A stretch of DNA of 63,447 bases, filler included, from Anaerolineae bacterium (GTDB lineage: Bacteria > Chloroflexota > Anaerolineae > B4-G1 > DUEL01): assembly GCA_041082215.1 (NCBI GenBank). It is 10 parts of 10 records of this genome, joined end to end, with 100 filler letters (N's around TTAATTAATTAA, not from the genome) between each part and the next. Parts side by side here need not be neighbours in the genome. Positions count along the whole stretch, not along the records: positions 19,024 to 24,108 come from JBDOIF010000037.1; positions 24,209 to 27,543 come from JBDOIF010000051.1; positions 27,644 to 39,161 come from JBDOIF010000058.1; 7 more parts are not named here. One strand, 5' to 3'. Numbering within the stretch: position 1 is the stretch's first letter; each line of letters begins with the position of its first letter. Under the pieces are notes generated by a model. That model did not search any database. It saw only the letters and a list, made by a program, of their open reading frames with translations, and was not told the DNA's origin. A program made the translations under genes and the position numbers. Positions 20,800-31,366 of the stretch are shown here, one piece after another.

Positions 20800-21125
20800 A
20801 TAATGTTAAAGAGGCTAATTCTGTTGGTATTGATTGTGATCCTGGAACGTGTTGTACGCAAGGATTCAAGTGTAAGTATGATGGTAGTACCCGCTCTTAT
20901 ACCTGCCAGCTAGATAGTAGTTGTGGAGTTGTTCCTGAGCCCTCACGACAACCAGGCATTAATCCTCCTCCACCACCTCCCGGCGGTGGAGGGGGGCCGA
21001 CGCCGACCTCACCGCCAGGAGCCACATCGCCTCCCGGCCAGCCAACGCCAGGGGGAAGGTATGTTTTGGGTCATGTTTTCGGGATGGTTCACAACTGGCA
21101 ACCCGACGAATCTTTTAATCAATAA
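20800..21125 (+). pseudogene. 3' remnant of a Cys-rich / Pro-Gly-Thr-rich gene cut by the IS
   Basis: Open frame with no native start: ...CDPGTCCTQGFKCKYDGSTRSYTCQLDSSC...[18 protein letters not shown]...; begins at the IS terminus. Confidence 0.5.
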
Positions 21126-21181
21126 AATCTGCGGAAATCTGCGTTAATCTGCGTCCTGTTTTCATCCGCGTTCATCCGCAT
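21126..21181. repeat. ATCTGCG/ATCCGCG 9-10-mer tandem repeats
   Basis: aatctgcggaaatctgcgttaatctgcgtcc...catccgcgttcatccgca. Confidence 0.6.
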
Positions 21182-21204
21182 CCAACCTGAAACGGAGGTG
21201 CACC

Positions 21205-22080
21205 GTGAACGGACTCATGGAGTGGGGCCTTCAGGTCATCGCCGGGCTCCAGCATCTCAGCCCTGCGCTGGACTGGCCCTTCCGGGCCTTCACGTTTATG
21301 GGCGAGGAGGAGTTCTTCCTCCTGCTGCTGCCGCTGATCTACTGGTGTCTGGACCGGCGGACGGGCGCGCGGTTGACCGTCGCCTTTCTGCTCTGCGCCT
21401 ACACCAACGCGGTGGCGAAGACGCTGGCCGCGCTCCCGCGCCCGCCGGAGTACGCGCCGGGGCGGGTGAAGGTGCTCTGGGACGCAACCGGCTACGGCTT
21501 CCCCAGCGGCCACACCCAGAGCGCCGTCGTCGTCTGGGGATACCTGGCCGCGCAGGCCCGCCGCCGCTGGGTCTGGATTCTGGCGGCGGTGATGATGCTC
21601 TTCATCCCCCTCTCCCGCGTCTACCTGGGCGTCCACTTCCCCCACGACGTCCTGGGCGGATACGTCATCGGCGCGGCGCTCCTGCTCCTCTACCTCTGGC
21701 TGGAACTGGGGGTGGAGCGCTGGCTGGAGGAGAAAGGGCTGGCCTGGCAGTTGGGCGTGGCGCTGGCCGTCCCCCTGCTCCTGATGCTCCTCTTCCTCAC
21801 CGGGGACGGCGTGACCGAAGGGGCAACGCTGATGGGGATGGGCGTCGGGTTTGTGCTGGAGCGACAGTGGGTCCGCTTCCACTCCGGCGGCCCCCTCTGG
21901 AAACGGGTGGTCCGCTTCCTGCTGGGCGTGGTCGTCCTGGTGGGGCTCTGGCTGGGGCTGCGGGTGGCCTTCTCCGGCCTGGAACCGGCCCTGCTCTTCC
22001 GCTTCGTCCGCTACGGGCTGGTGGGGCTGTGGGGCGGCCTGGGCGCGCCCTGGGCCTTCCGCCGCCTGAGACTGGCGTAA
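21205..22080 (+). CDS. PAP2-family membrane phosphatase
   Basis: K......RP, GFPSGH, SRVYLGVHFPHD motifs; TM helices. Confidence 0.92.
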   Translation: MNGLMEWGLQVIAGLQHLSPALDWPFRAFTFMGEEEFFLLLLPLIYWCLDRRTGARLTVAFLLCAYTNAVAKTLAALPRPPEYAPGRVKVLWDATGYGFPSGHTQSAVVVWGYLAAQARRRWVWILAAVMMLFIPLSRVYLGVHFPHDVLGGYVIGAALLLLYLWLELGVERWLEEKGLAWQLGVALAVPLLLMLLFLTGDGVTEGATLMGMGVGFVLERQWVRFHSGGPLWKRVVRFLLGVVVLVGLWLGLRVAFSGLEPALLFRFVRYGLVGLWGGLGAPWAFRRLRLA

Positions 22081-22083
22081 GTC

Positions 22084-24108
22084 ATGCCAATCCTATACCT
22101 GACCCCCGCTTCTATCGGGTATCTGACCCAACTCATCCTGGCGGTGGCGATTGCGAGCTACTTCGGCCGTCGTGCCGTTGTCGCCTGGCGGCGCGGGGAA
22201 AAGAGCACGCCGGTTCCCCTGCTGGCTCTCTTCTACGCCTCCGTCGTCCTGGTCATGCTGTTGTTCTTCCTGGACGCGGCGCTGCCGCCCACGCCGCGCC
22301 TCTACGCTGTGTACCTGGAGAACACCGCCATTGGCCTCTTCCTGACCCTGCTGACCCAGTTCGCCTACCGCTTCCCTCGCCTGTACCCCCAGCGCAAATG
22401 GGAGGCCCGCTTCGTGCTGGCGGCAGACCTCCTCTACACGCTCTGGGAGGCCGGATTCGCCGTCTATCGCGGGCAGTTGCTGCTCCAGGACAACTACGTC
22501 GTATACCGCTCCATTGCCATGGACCGCGCCCTGATGGTCTGTCTCGCGCTGGCGCCGCTGGCCTTCCTGCGCCAGACCGTCGCGGCCTCCGAGCACGAGG
22601 GGGCGCGGCCCGGCCTGCTGTACCGGTCGGGCATCGGCCACCTGATACGGCCCCAGGGAGCGGCCGCGAAGGCCGCGCGCGCCTTCGCGCTGGTCTTCCT
22701 GATCCCGGTGGCTCTGGGCCTGGTCAACATGGGGCGCGCCCTCTACGCCATCCTCCCGGCGCTCTTCCATTCGGCCACCTCGGCGGGCATCCTGCTCACC
22801 CAGTTCCTGTTTGCCCTGGTCTATCTCAACTACACGCCCGAAATGACGACTTTCCAGGTACGCCTGGTGGGCATCACGCTGGTGACGGTGCTGGCCGTCT
22901 TCGGCGCGGCGGGCTGGGTGATGACGCCATCCTACGTGGCCGCCTACCGGCCCGCGCTGGCCGACCGGCAGACGCTGCGGTTCACCCCCAACGCCGCCGG
23001 TGGCTACGACGTGACGCCGGTGGAGTCCCACTTTGACGCTGACCCGGGCCGTCCGCTGGACTTCCGGAAACTCCAGCCCAGTGACGACCCATGGGAAGAG
23101 GTGGCGGAGATTCCCTTCCCGTTCCCGTTCTACGGGAGGACAGCCCGGACCGTCTGGGTGATGCGCAGCGGCGCCGTCAGCATGGATAGGCCGTTAGACT
23201 ATCCGAGCATGGAATACCACTACGCCGCGACGCCCGCGATATTCCCGTTGTTCGTGCCCCTGAGACCAGCGGCCAATGGGGGAGTGTTCGCCCGGAGTGA
23301 AGGGGAGCGCCTGATCATCACCTGGTACCGGATGCCCGCCGTCTATAACCCTCAGGAGATATTTACGTTTCAGATGGTCCTGTACCGGGATGGCGCCTTT
23401 GAGATCACTACCAACGGCCTGCCTGACCTGGCATACCAGCCCGATACCGGCCCGTTCGCGAACGTCTGGGTGATGGGCGCGCTGCCGGGGAGGACCAACC
23501 TGTCGCCAGAGATGGTGGACCTGACCCGCCTGCCGGTCCACAGCGGGCCGCAGGGCATCATCCAGGACCACTATCTGGAGTTTCGCCGCCACCTGCACGA
23601 ATTGCTCCGCCCGCTGGCGGTTCTGATCCTGCTCAGCAGCCTCTTTGTCATCGCTGGTTTCCCCATCCTGTTCCACGTCAGCCTGATCCGCCCGCTGAAC
23701 GCGCTGCTGGAGGGGGTTCGGCGGGTCAACGCGGGCGACCTGGAGACCAGTATGCCGGTGCAGTACCACGACGAGATTGGCTTTCTGACGGAGGCGTTCA
23801 ACGGCATGGTGGCGCGATTGCGCGAACTGGTCACGGGATTGGAGACCCAGGTCGCCCGGCGCACCCAGCAGTTGACGGACCAGAACATAGACCTGATGCA
23901 GGCGAAAGAGGCCGCCGAGGCCGCCAGCCGCGCCAAGAGCGCTTTCCTGGCGAACATCAGCCACGAACTGCGCACACCGCTCACGGCCATTATCGGTTTT
24001 TCGGAACTGCTGGCGAGCGACCCCCATGCGACGCCCCGTCAGAGGGAGAGCCTGGCCATCATCAACCGCAGCGGCGAGCATCTGCTGGCGCTCATCAACG
24101 ATGTGTTG
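22084..24108 (+). CDS. Membrane sensor histidine kinase (multi-TM, NIDO-like extracellular domain, HAMP, HisKA), 3'-truncated
   Basis: HAMP (RPL..L..GVRRV..GD...DEIG.L..AFN.M), H-box FLANISHELRTPL; PFPFPFYG...IFPLF...F.FQMVLY.DG segment. Confidence 0.88.
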
Positions 24109-24208
24109 NNNNNNNNNNNNNNNNNNNNNNNNNNNNNNNNNNNNNNNNNNNNTTAATTAATTAANNNNNNNNNNNNNNNNNNNNNNNNNNNNNNNNNNNN
24201 NNNNNNNN
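24109..24208. other. Artificial contig linker
   Basis: N44-TTAATTAATTAA-N44. Confidence 0.98.
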
Positions 24209-24299
24209 CCTGACCGAAGGTCAGGAGAGGGGAGGGGGTGGCCCGAAGGGCCGGGGGTGGGGTGAGGAAGTGGTGTCCCAACTTATGTCCGAACCTCAG
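24209..24299. repeat. Terminus of a repeated element (GGGGTGAGG...GTGTCC.AAC....GTCCGAACCTCAG)
   Basis: Reverse-complement match at 59030-59144; both copies abut contig ends. Confidence 0.65.
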
Positions 24300-24313
24300 T
24301 GTCAAACGGGCAC

Positions 24314-24341
24314 TTGCCTTCCTCCCGGTGGATGATAAAAT
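24314..24341 (+). promoter_or_regulatory. Putative sigma70 promoter
   Basis: TTGCCT-N16-TAAAAT with extended TGn. Confidence 0.5.
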
Positions 24342-24587
24342 CAGGAATCACGCACTTCGGAAAAACCACAAAGACATCGGGAAACGGGGACGTGGGGACA
24401 CGGAGATGCGGAGACGCGGAGAAATACCGGGAAACCTCAGAACCTTCTAAGGAACTCTGCGTCCTCTGTGTCTCTGCGGTGAGTAAGCCCTGATCATAAC
24501 CATCGCCAGCCGGCATCTTCCTTCGCCTGACGGGGTTATACCGTTTGGAAAGGATCGTCCAGCCAGTTCAGCACAGGAGAATTCAGG

Positions 24588-25490
24588 GTGTCTTCTCATC
24601 TGCTCATAGCCAATCCCGTTGCCGGCCGGGGAGCGACACGGCGATTGCTCCCCCGGGTGCAGGAAATGCTGAGAGAGCACGGCCTTTCTTTCGACACAGT
24701 GATCACCGAGCGGCCATGGCACGCAGCAGAGCTGGCCCGGCAGGCCGTCGCCAGCGGCTACCGGGTCGTCATCGCGATGGGAGGGGACGGAACCTCCAAC
24801 GAGGTGCTCAACGGGCTGATCCAGGCCCAGGAGGCCGGGGAGGGAGACGCCGCAATGGGGGCGCTCTGCGTGGGCACCGGCAACGACTTTGCCTATGGGG
24901 CGGGCATCCCCCTGGACCTGGAGGCCGGATGTGCAGCGCTGGCAAGGGGCCGCACCCGTGTCGTTGACGTGGGGCTGGCCAGAGGGTTCCGCTATTTCGG
25001 AAATGGCGTTGGCATCGGCTTCGACGCTGTCGTCAACGTGCAGGCCGCTCGCTATACCCAACTGCGCGGCTTCGCCGTCTACCTGGTGGCGGTCCTCCGC
25101 ACCCTCCTCTTCTACTACCGCGCCCCCCTCACCCGCATCGAGCTGGATGACATGGTGCTGGAACAGCCGACGCTGATGGTCTCCATCATGAACGGGCGGA
25201 GGATGGGAGGTGGGTTCCTGATGACCCCCCATTCGGCCCCCGACGACGGCCTGTTCGACCTCTGCATCGGGGCGAAGATGAACCAGTTGCAGATGCTCTC
25301 TTTTGTCCCCCGCTTTATGCGAGGCACACAGGTGGGCCGGCCCCGCATCACAATGGCCCGCTCCCGTCACGTCCGGGTCGTTATCAAAGACGGGACACAG
25401 ACAGTCCACGCCGATGGCGAAACCCTGTGTCTGGATGCGGACGAACTGGAGTTCGAGGTCCTGCCGGGGCGCCTCCGTGTGGTCTGCTGA
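24588..25490 (+). CDS. Diacylglycerol/lipid kinase (YegS/DagK family)
   Basis: NPVAG, GGDGT, GTGNDFA, GIGFDA, DDGLFD, ADGE. Confidence 0.93.
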   Translation: MSSHLLIANPVAGRGATRRLLPRVQEMLREHGLSFDTVITERPWHAAELARQAVASGYRVVIAMGGDGTSNEVLNGLIQAQEAGEGDAAMGALCVGTGNDFAYGAGIPLDLEAGCAALARGRTRVVDVGLARGFRYFGNGVGIGFDAVVNVQAARYTQLRGFAVYLVAVLRTLLFYYRAPLTRIELDDMVLEQPTLMVSIMNGRRMGGGFLMTPHSAPDDGLFDLCIGAKMNQLQMLSFVPRFMRGTQVGRPRITMARSRHVRVVIKDGTQTVHADGETLCLDADELEFEVLPGRLRVVC

Positions 25491-25503
25491 GGGTTCGGGC
25501 AGA

Positions 25504-26223
25504 ATGGAGGGAAACCTGCCCACCTGGCTCCGCCGCTTCGGCCAGCTCTTCTTTCGGCTCCTCCTCCAGTCCGTTGTCCACATAGAGGCAACGGGCCTGG
25601 AACGGATACCCACCACCGGCCCCCTCATTATCATCAACAACCACGTCAACTTCCTGGACGGGCTGTTAACTTATCTGCTCTCCCCCCGTCATCTGGTGGG
25701 GTTCAGCAAGATCGAGAACTTCGAGCACCCGGTCCTGGCCCCCCTGATGCGGCTGGGGGGAGTCATCCCCGTGCGCCGCGGCAGCCCGGACGTGGCAGCG
25801 GTGCGGAAAGCGCTGACAGCACTGGGAGAGGGGGAGGCGCTCCTGCTGGACCCGGAGGGGACCCGCAGCCACCACGGGCGGCTGCAGGCGGGACGGACGG
25901 GTGTGGTGCTGCTGGCTCTGATGACCGGAGCTCCTATCCTGCCGGTGGCCGTGTGGGGGCAGGAGAGGTTCTGGCACAACCTGGCCCGTCTGCTCCGGAC
26001 CCGGGTGTGGGTTCGGGTGGGCTATCCCTTTCACCTGCAGTCGGGGGGTGAGCGTGTACGGCGGGAGGAGCGAGAGCTTATCTTGAAAGAGGTGATGTAC
26101 CAACTGGCGGCCCTGCTCCCCCCCCCTTACCGGGGAGTCTACGCCGATCTGGAGAACGCCACCGAGCAGTATCTGATCTTTCCTCCGGGGGCAGAAAGCA
26201 ACCTCCGGGCAGGGTTTCCTTAA
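25504..26223 (+). CDS. plsC: 1-acyl-sn-glycerol-3-phosphate acyltransferase
   Basis: NHVNFLD (HX4D), IPVRRG, PEGTRS, ILPV. Confidence 0.88.
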   Translation: MEGNLPTWLRRFGQLFFRLLLQSVVHIEATGLERIPTTGPLIIINNHVNFLDGLLTYLLSPRHLVGFSKIENFEHPVLAPLMRLGGVIPVRRGSPDVAAVRKALTALGEGEALLLDPEGTRSHHGRLQAGRTGVVLLALMTGAPILPVAVWGQERFWHNLARLLRTRVWVRVGYPFHLQSGGERVRREERELILKEVMYQLAALLPPPYRGVYADLENATEQYLIFPPGAESNLRAGFP

Positions 26224-26254
26224 GGGAAGGGCGGGGATCGGGAGGAGGTGAGTT

Positions 26255-26485
26255 ATGAGAAGGGTTCGCTGTCAGCGGTGCGGTTATATGTTCACGCTTT
26301 CCAGAGAGCTGGTGGAGGCCGCCCTGGAGGAGATGGAAGCCAGGGGAGCAGACCACTACACGGTGGAATGCCGGCAATGCCGCCATGCGATCAAGATAAC
26401 CCGTCAGCTCCTGGAGCGGATGCGGCCACAGGGGCCGATGGGTGAAGCAGAAGGGGATCAGGACCGCCCTCATCCATCCCCCTAG
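26255..26485 (+). CDS. Small zinc-ribbon hypothetical protein
   Basis: CQRC...CRQC; strong RBS GGAGGTGA. Confidence 0.75.
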   Translation: MRRVRCQRCGYMFTLSRELVEAALEEMEARGADHYTVECRQCRHAIKITRQLLERMRPQGPMGEAEGDQDRPHPSP

Positions 26486-26526
26486 CCTCTCCCCTCTCCT
26501 GCGTGGCGGGAAAGGGGAGGAGAAGA

Positions 26527-26610
26527 ACCGCGGAGGCGCGGAGGGCACAGAGAAACGCCGAGGAACCTCGGAATCTCCCTTAGAACTCCGTGTCCTCTGT
26601 GTCTCAGTGG
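26527..26610. repeat. Palindromic repeat (CACAGAG/CTCTGTG family)
   Basis: ccgcggaggcgcggagggcacagag ... ctccgtgtcctctgtgtctcagtgg. Confidence 0.7.
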
Positions 26611-26647
26611 TGGGAATTTACTTCCAAAACCTGGCCGGGTGGGCGGC

Positions 26648-26676
26648 TTGCTATATACTGGCTGGCGGGTTATAAT
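26648..26676 (+). promoter_or_regulatory. Putative sigma70 promoter
   Basis: TTGCTA-N17-TATAAT. Confidence 0.6.
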
Positions 26677-26727
26677 TAATAAAGAAACCTTCCCAATTCT
26701 CCTATAAGCGGGGCCGTGAGAAAAGGC

Positions 26728-27543
26728 ATGCCTCCCATCAGCTCGGCGACAGTCTGTAGACGCGGACGACCTCACCACCGACCCTTTACGCGCCGGGTAG
26801 CGACACTCGGGGCAGTGTTGCTTGCGCTGATCGGCTTTGCCAGCGCCTGTACCCCCTCCTCCCCCACACCGCCCTCTGCCTTTGCACCACCCTACCTCCG
26901 GATGCGCCTCTGCGAGGGGGAAGCCCAATGGCAACCGGCAGGCACCGACGATTGGGAAGCCATCGCTCTGGATGAGGAATTTGTCCTCGAGGCCGGGGGA
27001 CGGGTCACGACCGGGGCGACGGAGGGGGCCCGTTTCTGCCTGGGAGACGGCAGCTCGTTTGAACTTTCCCCCGCATCCACTCTGGAGCTACGGAATCCAG
27101 GTGTTCTTCCCCGCCTCGAGCTAACGCCGATAGAAGGGCACTTCCTCTTCGAGATCCGGCAGCTTTCCTACGAACTCACCCTGCCCGTCTGCCCTGTGGA
27201 CCCGCTGGGCGTCCCCACCCGGTTTGACCTGGAGGCCCATGGGGAGACCATGCGGCTGGAGGTGCTGGAGGGCTCCATCAACTGCTCCTCCGAAACGGAG
27301 ATGTACGTGCTCTTCCCGTGCTGGGTGATGGAGATACAGCCGCAGGAGGAGCCAAAGGTCTATGACGGGTGTGCCGCACGGGCAACGGCCACTGCCCGGT
27401 ACAGCCCCCCCTCACCCACCCGCCCGCCCCGACCAACACCCACCCCGACCTTCACCCCTTCTCCCACCCGTCCCCCTGTCCGGGTTACCCCTACCGCCAC
27501 CCCGACCCCGCTCCCGCCCACCAGCCCCCCGCCCCCGCCCCCT
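26728..27543 (+). CDS. FecR-domain lipoprotein with Pro/Thr-rich tail (3'-truncated)
   Basis: Lipobox ASAC; G.RVTTG....A...LGDGS.FEL.P.STL; T.F......LEVLEGSI. Confidence 0.7.
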
Positions 27544-27643
27544 NNNNNNNNNNNNNNNNNNNNNNNNNNNNNNNNNNNNNNNNNNNNTTAATTAATTAAN
27601 NNNNNNNNNNNNNNNNNNNNNNNNNNNNNNNNNNNNNNNNNNN
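27544..27643. other. Artificial contig linker
   Basis: N44-TTAATTAATTAA-N44. Confidence 0.98.
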
Positions 27644-27852
27644 TGGGGGAGCGAAGGGACCGGCGGCCTGTGATCACCGGGCTCGAGCGGGTGAGCAAGC
27701 CGGGCCGTCGGGTCTACACCAGCGCCAAGGACATTCCCTGGGTGCGCAGCGGCATGGGCATCGTCATCCTGACCACCCCCAAAGGGGTGCTCACCGGCCA
27801 GCAGGCACGCCGCCTCGGCGTGGGTGGCGAGGTCATCTGCTACGTCTGGTAG
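27644..27852 (+). CDS. rpsH: 30S ribosomal protein S8 (5'-truncated)
   Basis: [15 protein letters not shown]...[13 protein letters not shown]...GGEVICYVW. Confidence 0.97.
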
Positions 27853-27871
27853 GCGGCGAGGGAGGTGAGAG

Positions 27872-28408
27872 GTGTCGCGGATTGGTCGTAAGCCGATTCC
27901 CCTGCCACCAGGGGTGACGGTCAAAATCGAAGGGAGCCGGGTGACGGTGCGGGGGGCAAAAGGGGAGCTGACCCGTACTTTCGACCCGGATATGCGGATC
28001 GAGCTGGAGGAGAACACCCTGCGGGTCCACCGCCCGGCGGATACCCGACGACATCGGGCGCTGCACGGATTGACCCGGGCGCTTCTGGCCAATATGGTCG
28101 CGGGCGTCTCCCAGGGCTTCGAAAAGCGGCTGGAAATCCAGGGGGTGGGTTACCGGGCCGAGACCCAGTCCGATGGGAGCCTGGTAATGTATCTGGGGTT
28201 CTCCCACCCGGTGCGCGTGCAGCCGCCCGAGGGGATCACCTTTGAGGTGGACCCCCGGACCCGGGTAATCACCGTGCGGGGGGTTGATAAGGAGCTGGTC
28301 GGAAGGGTTGCGGCGGAGATCCGGGCCTGGCGTCCTCCAGAGCCCTACCGGGGCAAGGGGATCCGCTACGTCGGCGAGGTTGTGCGCCATAAGGCGGGCA
28401 AGGCATAA
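27872..28408 (+). CDS. rplF: 50S ribosomal protein L6
   Basis: [26 protein letters not shown]. Confidence 0.98.
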   Translation: MSRIGRKPIPLPPGVTVKIEGSRVTVRGAKGELTRTFDPDMRIELEENTLRVHRPADTRRHRALHGLTRALLANMVAGVSQGFEKRLEIQGVGYRAETQSDGSLVMYLGFSHPVRVQPPEGITFEVDPRTRVITVRGVDKELVGRVAAEIRAWRPPEPYRGKGIRYVGEVVRHKAGKA

Positions 28409-28425
28409 TCGGGGAGCGATGGCGA

Positions 28426-28791
28426 ATGGGTGAGAAAGAACGTCGTCTGGGACGGCTGCGCCGGCATCGGCACGTGCGGAAGAAGGTGTTCGGCACTCCC
28501 GAACGGCCGCGCCTGAACATTTTTCGTAGCCTGCGGCATATCTACGCCCAGGTAATAGATGATACGCAGGGCCATACTCTGGTCGCGGCTTCCACACTGG
28601 ACCCGGAGCTGCGGGAGCAGGTGGCGGGGCTGAAGAAGGTGGACCAGGCGCGGATCGTGGGCAAGGCCCTGGCCGCCCGGGCCCGGGAAAAGGGTGTGGT
28701 CCGGGTGGTCTTCGACCGGGGGGGGTATAAGTACCACGGTCGGGTGAAGGCCCTGGCAGAGGGAGCCCGCGAGGGGGGGCTGGATTTCTAG
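28426..28791 (+). CDS. rplR: 50S ribosomal protein L18
   Basis: [30 protein letters not shown]. Confidence 0.98.
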   Translation: MGEKERRLGRLRRHRHVRKKVFGTPERPRLNIFRSLRHIYAQVIDDTQGHTLVAASTLDPELREQVAGLKKVDQARIVGKALAARAREKGVVRVVFDRGGYKYHGRVKALAEGAREGGLDF

Positions 28792-28803
28792 CACGGAGGC
28801 GGT

Positions 28804-29343
28804 ATGAGCGCGAATCTGCGGGACCGTGAGGTGTTCGAAGTAGAGCAGGAAGGGCTGGACGAGCGGGTTGTGGACATCGCGCGGGTGGCGAAGGTCATCA
28901 AGGGTGGCCGCCGGTTCGCCTTCCGGGTAGTGGTCGTGGCAGGCGACAACAACGGCCAGGTCGGGATCGGCGTGGGGAAAGCCCGCGCTGTGCCAGACGC
29001 CATCCGCAAGGCGACGGAGCGGGCCGTGGCCTCCATGCAGCCCATCCCCCTGGTCGGGCGGACGATCCCCCATGAGGTGGTCGGTCGGTGCGGCGGGGCC
29101 GAGGTGCTCATCAAACCGGCCTCTCCTGGCACCGGCGTGATCGCCGGTGGTGGCGTGCGGGCCATCCTGGAAGCGGCCGGCATCCACGATGTGCTCACCA
29201 AGTCCAGGGGCAGCTCCAATATGCTCAACGTCGTCAAAGCGACGATGGACGGGCTCCGGCAGCTCCGGAGCGTGGAGGAACTGGCCCGGGATCGAGGGCT
29301 CCCCGAGGCTCAGGTGATGCCTTTCTGGAGGCGAGGCCGATGA
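28804..29343 (+). CDS. rpsE: 30S ribosomal protein S5
   Basis: [25 protein letters not shown]. Confidence 0.98.
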   Translation: MSANLRDREVFEVEQEGLDERVVDIARVAKVIKGGRRFAFRVVVVAGDNNGQVGIGVGKARAVPDAIRKATERAVASMQPIPLVGRTIPHEVVGRCGGAEVLIKPASPGTGVIAGGGVRAILEAAGIHDVLTKSRGSSNMLNVVKATMDGLRQLRSVEELARDRGLPEAQVMPFWRRGR

Positions 29344-29543
29344 GCGCGAAGAAAAAGCAGAAGCTCCTGCGGATCACGCTGGTCAAAAGCCCTATCGGCT
29401 ACTCGGAGCGGCAGAAGCAGACGGTGCGGGCCCTGGGCCTGCGACGGATGAACCAGACGGTGGAACAGGCAGATACGCCGGTCATCCGCGGGATGGTGGC
29501 CAGGGTCCAGCACCTGGTGACGGTGGAAGAGGTTGAGGCATGA
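29340..29543 (+). CDS. rpmD: 50S ribosomal protein L30
   Basis: [11 protein letters not shown]....[11 protein letters not shown]...V.HLV. Confidence 0.97.
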   Translation: MSAKKKQKLLRITLVKSPIGYSERQKQTVRALGLRRMNQTVEQADTPVIRGMVARVQHLVTVEEVEA

Positions 29544-30019
29544 AGTTGCACGATTTGCGACCGGCTGAAGGTTCGAAGAAACGCCGCAAGCGGGTCGGCT
29601 GCGGTATCGCTGCCGGCCACGGGAAGACGGCGGGCCGGGGGACCAAGGGACAGCGGGCCCGCAGCGGCGGTAGCCTCCCCTCCTACTTCGAAGGAGGGCA
29701 GCTACCACTGGTGCGAAGGCTCCCCTTTGCCCGGGGCGTCGGCTTCCGCGACCCCTGGCGGGTCCGCTTCACCCCTGTAAATGTGGAGCGGCTGGAGCGG
29801 TTCGAGCCGGGCAGCGAGGTCACCCCGGAGCGGCTGGCTGAGGCCGGCGTCATCCAGCGGGCCGACGAGCTGGTGGCGATCCTGGGGCGGGGTGAGCTGA
29901 CCCGATCTCTCACGGTGAAGGCCCACCGCTTCTCCGCCAGCGCCCGCGCCAAGATCGAGGCGGCAGGCGGACAGGTGGAGGAGCTGGAATGGCAGCGGGG
30001 AGGACGACGGACCCGATAG
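29540..30019 (+). CDS. rplO: 50S ribosomal protein L15
   Basis: [35 protein letters not shown]. Confidence 0.98.
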   Translation: MKLHDLRPAEGSKKRRKRVGCGIAAGHGKTAGRGTKGQRARSGGSLPSYFEGGQLPLVRRLPFARGVGFRDPWRVRFTPVNVERLERFEPGSEVTPERLAEAGVIQRADELVAILGRGELTRSLTVKAHRFSASARAKIEAAGGQVEELEWQRGGRRTR

Positions 30020-30034
30020 GGGACGGGAGGAGCG

Positions 30035-31366
30035 ATGATTCAGGCGTTGCGTGATGCTCTGAGGCTGCCCGATTTGCGAAAGCGGCTGTTCTATACGCTG
30101 CTGATCCTGGTCATCTTCCGGGCGGCGGCCCACGTGCCCGTGCCCGGCCTTGACCGCCAGGCGCTGCAGCAGCTCCTGGAGGGCACCAGCGGGGCCAGCC
30201 AGCTCTTCAACCTGCTGGACCTGCTCTCCGGCGGTGCGGTGGCTAACTACTCGATCCTGGCCAACGGGGTCTATCCCTACATCAACGCTACCATCATCCT
30301 CCAGTTGCTGGTCCCGGTGATCCCGGCATTGAAGCGCATCACCGAGGAGGAAGGGGAGGCCGGACAGCAGAAGCTGAACCAGTGGAGTTACTACATCACC
30401 ATTCCACTGGCAGCATTGCAGGCATGGGGGCAGGCTCAGCTCTTCACCTCTGCTGGCGGCGGACAGCCCATCCTCCCCCGGTTCGGCTTTCACCGACCGG
30501 ATTACATCCTGCCGACGATCTCGGTGCTGATGGCAATGACGGCCGGGACGATGTTCGCCATCTGGCTGGGGGAGCTGATCAGCGAGCAGGGCATCGGCAA
30601 CGGCCTTTCGCTCATCATCTTCGGCGGTATCGTCGCCCGGGCTCCCTACAATGTGGCCCGCATCTATACCTCCGATGGCTGGCTGGGCATCCTCTTCTTC
30701 GCCGTCATCACCGCCCTGACGATCTTCGTCATCGTCTATGTGCAGGAGGGGCAGCGGCGGATCCCGGTCCAGTACGGCAAGCGGGTCCGGGGGCGACGGA
30801 TGTACGGGGGCGGCAGCACCTACATCCCGCTGCGGGTCAACATGGCCGGGATGATCCCCCTCATCTTCGCCCAGTCCTTCCTGACCTTCCCGGCGGTGAT
30901 CGCCCAGTTCTTCGCTGGCTCGTCCAATCCCGGCGTGGCCCACTTCGCCGCCAGCGTGATGAACTTCTTCAGCGGGACAACGACGGAGTGGTACACAACA
31001 CTCCTCTACGCTATCCTCTTCTTCGTGACTGTCGTCGGATTTACGTACTTCTACACCTTCGTCCTGGTAGAGCAGCAGGACCTGCCGGGGGCGTTGCAGA
31101 AGCAGGGCGGGTTCATCCCGGGCATCCGGCCGGGGAAGATGACCGCTAACTACATTGACGGGGTCTATAAACGGATCACGCTGTTCGGTGCTCTCTTCCT
31201 GGGCGGGGTGGCGGTGCTGCCCTTCATCACCCAGCTCATGATGAATACGCGGATGTTGCTCATCACGTCGGCAGGACTGCTGATTGTGGTCGGCGTGGTG
31301 GTGGATACGATGCGGCAGCTTGAGGCCCAGTTGCTGATGCGCCACTACGAGGGGTTCATCAAGTAA
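30035..31366 (+). CDS. secY: Preprotein translocase subunit SecY
   Basis: GVYPYINA.II.QLL, WLGE.I...GIGNG.S, IPGIRPG, LLIVVGV..DT. Confidence 0.98.
   Translation: MIQALRDALRLPDLRKRLFYTLLILVIFRAAAHVPVPGLDRQALQQLLEGTSGASQLFNLLDLLSGGAVANYSILANGVYPYINATIILQLLVPVIPALKRITEEEGEAGQQKLNQWSYYITIPLAALQAWGQAQLFTSAGGGQPILPRFGFHRPDYILPTISVLMAMTAGTMFAIWLGELISEQGIGNGLSLIIFGGIVARAPYNVARIYTSDGWLGILFFAVITALTIFVIVYVQEGQRRIPVQYGKRVRGRRMYGGGSTYIPLRVNMAGMIPLIFAQSFLTFPAVIAQFFAGSSNPGVAHFAASVMNFFSGTTTEWYTTLLYAILFFVTVVGFTYFYTFVLVEQQDLPGALQKQGGFIPGIRPGKMTANYIDGVYKRITLFGALFLGGVAVLPFITQLMMNTRMLLITSAGLLIVVGVVVDTMRQLEAQLLMRHYEGFIK

Noticed and set aside
29597..29605. GCG instead of the usual GRG in the L15 N-terminal motif
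   Set aside because: A single-nucleotide difference that could be a variant or a sequencing error; not interpretable alone.
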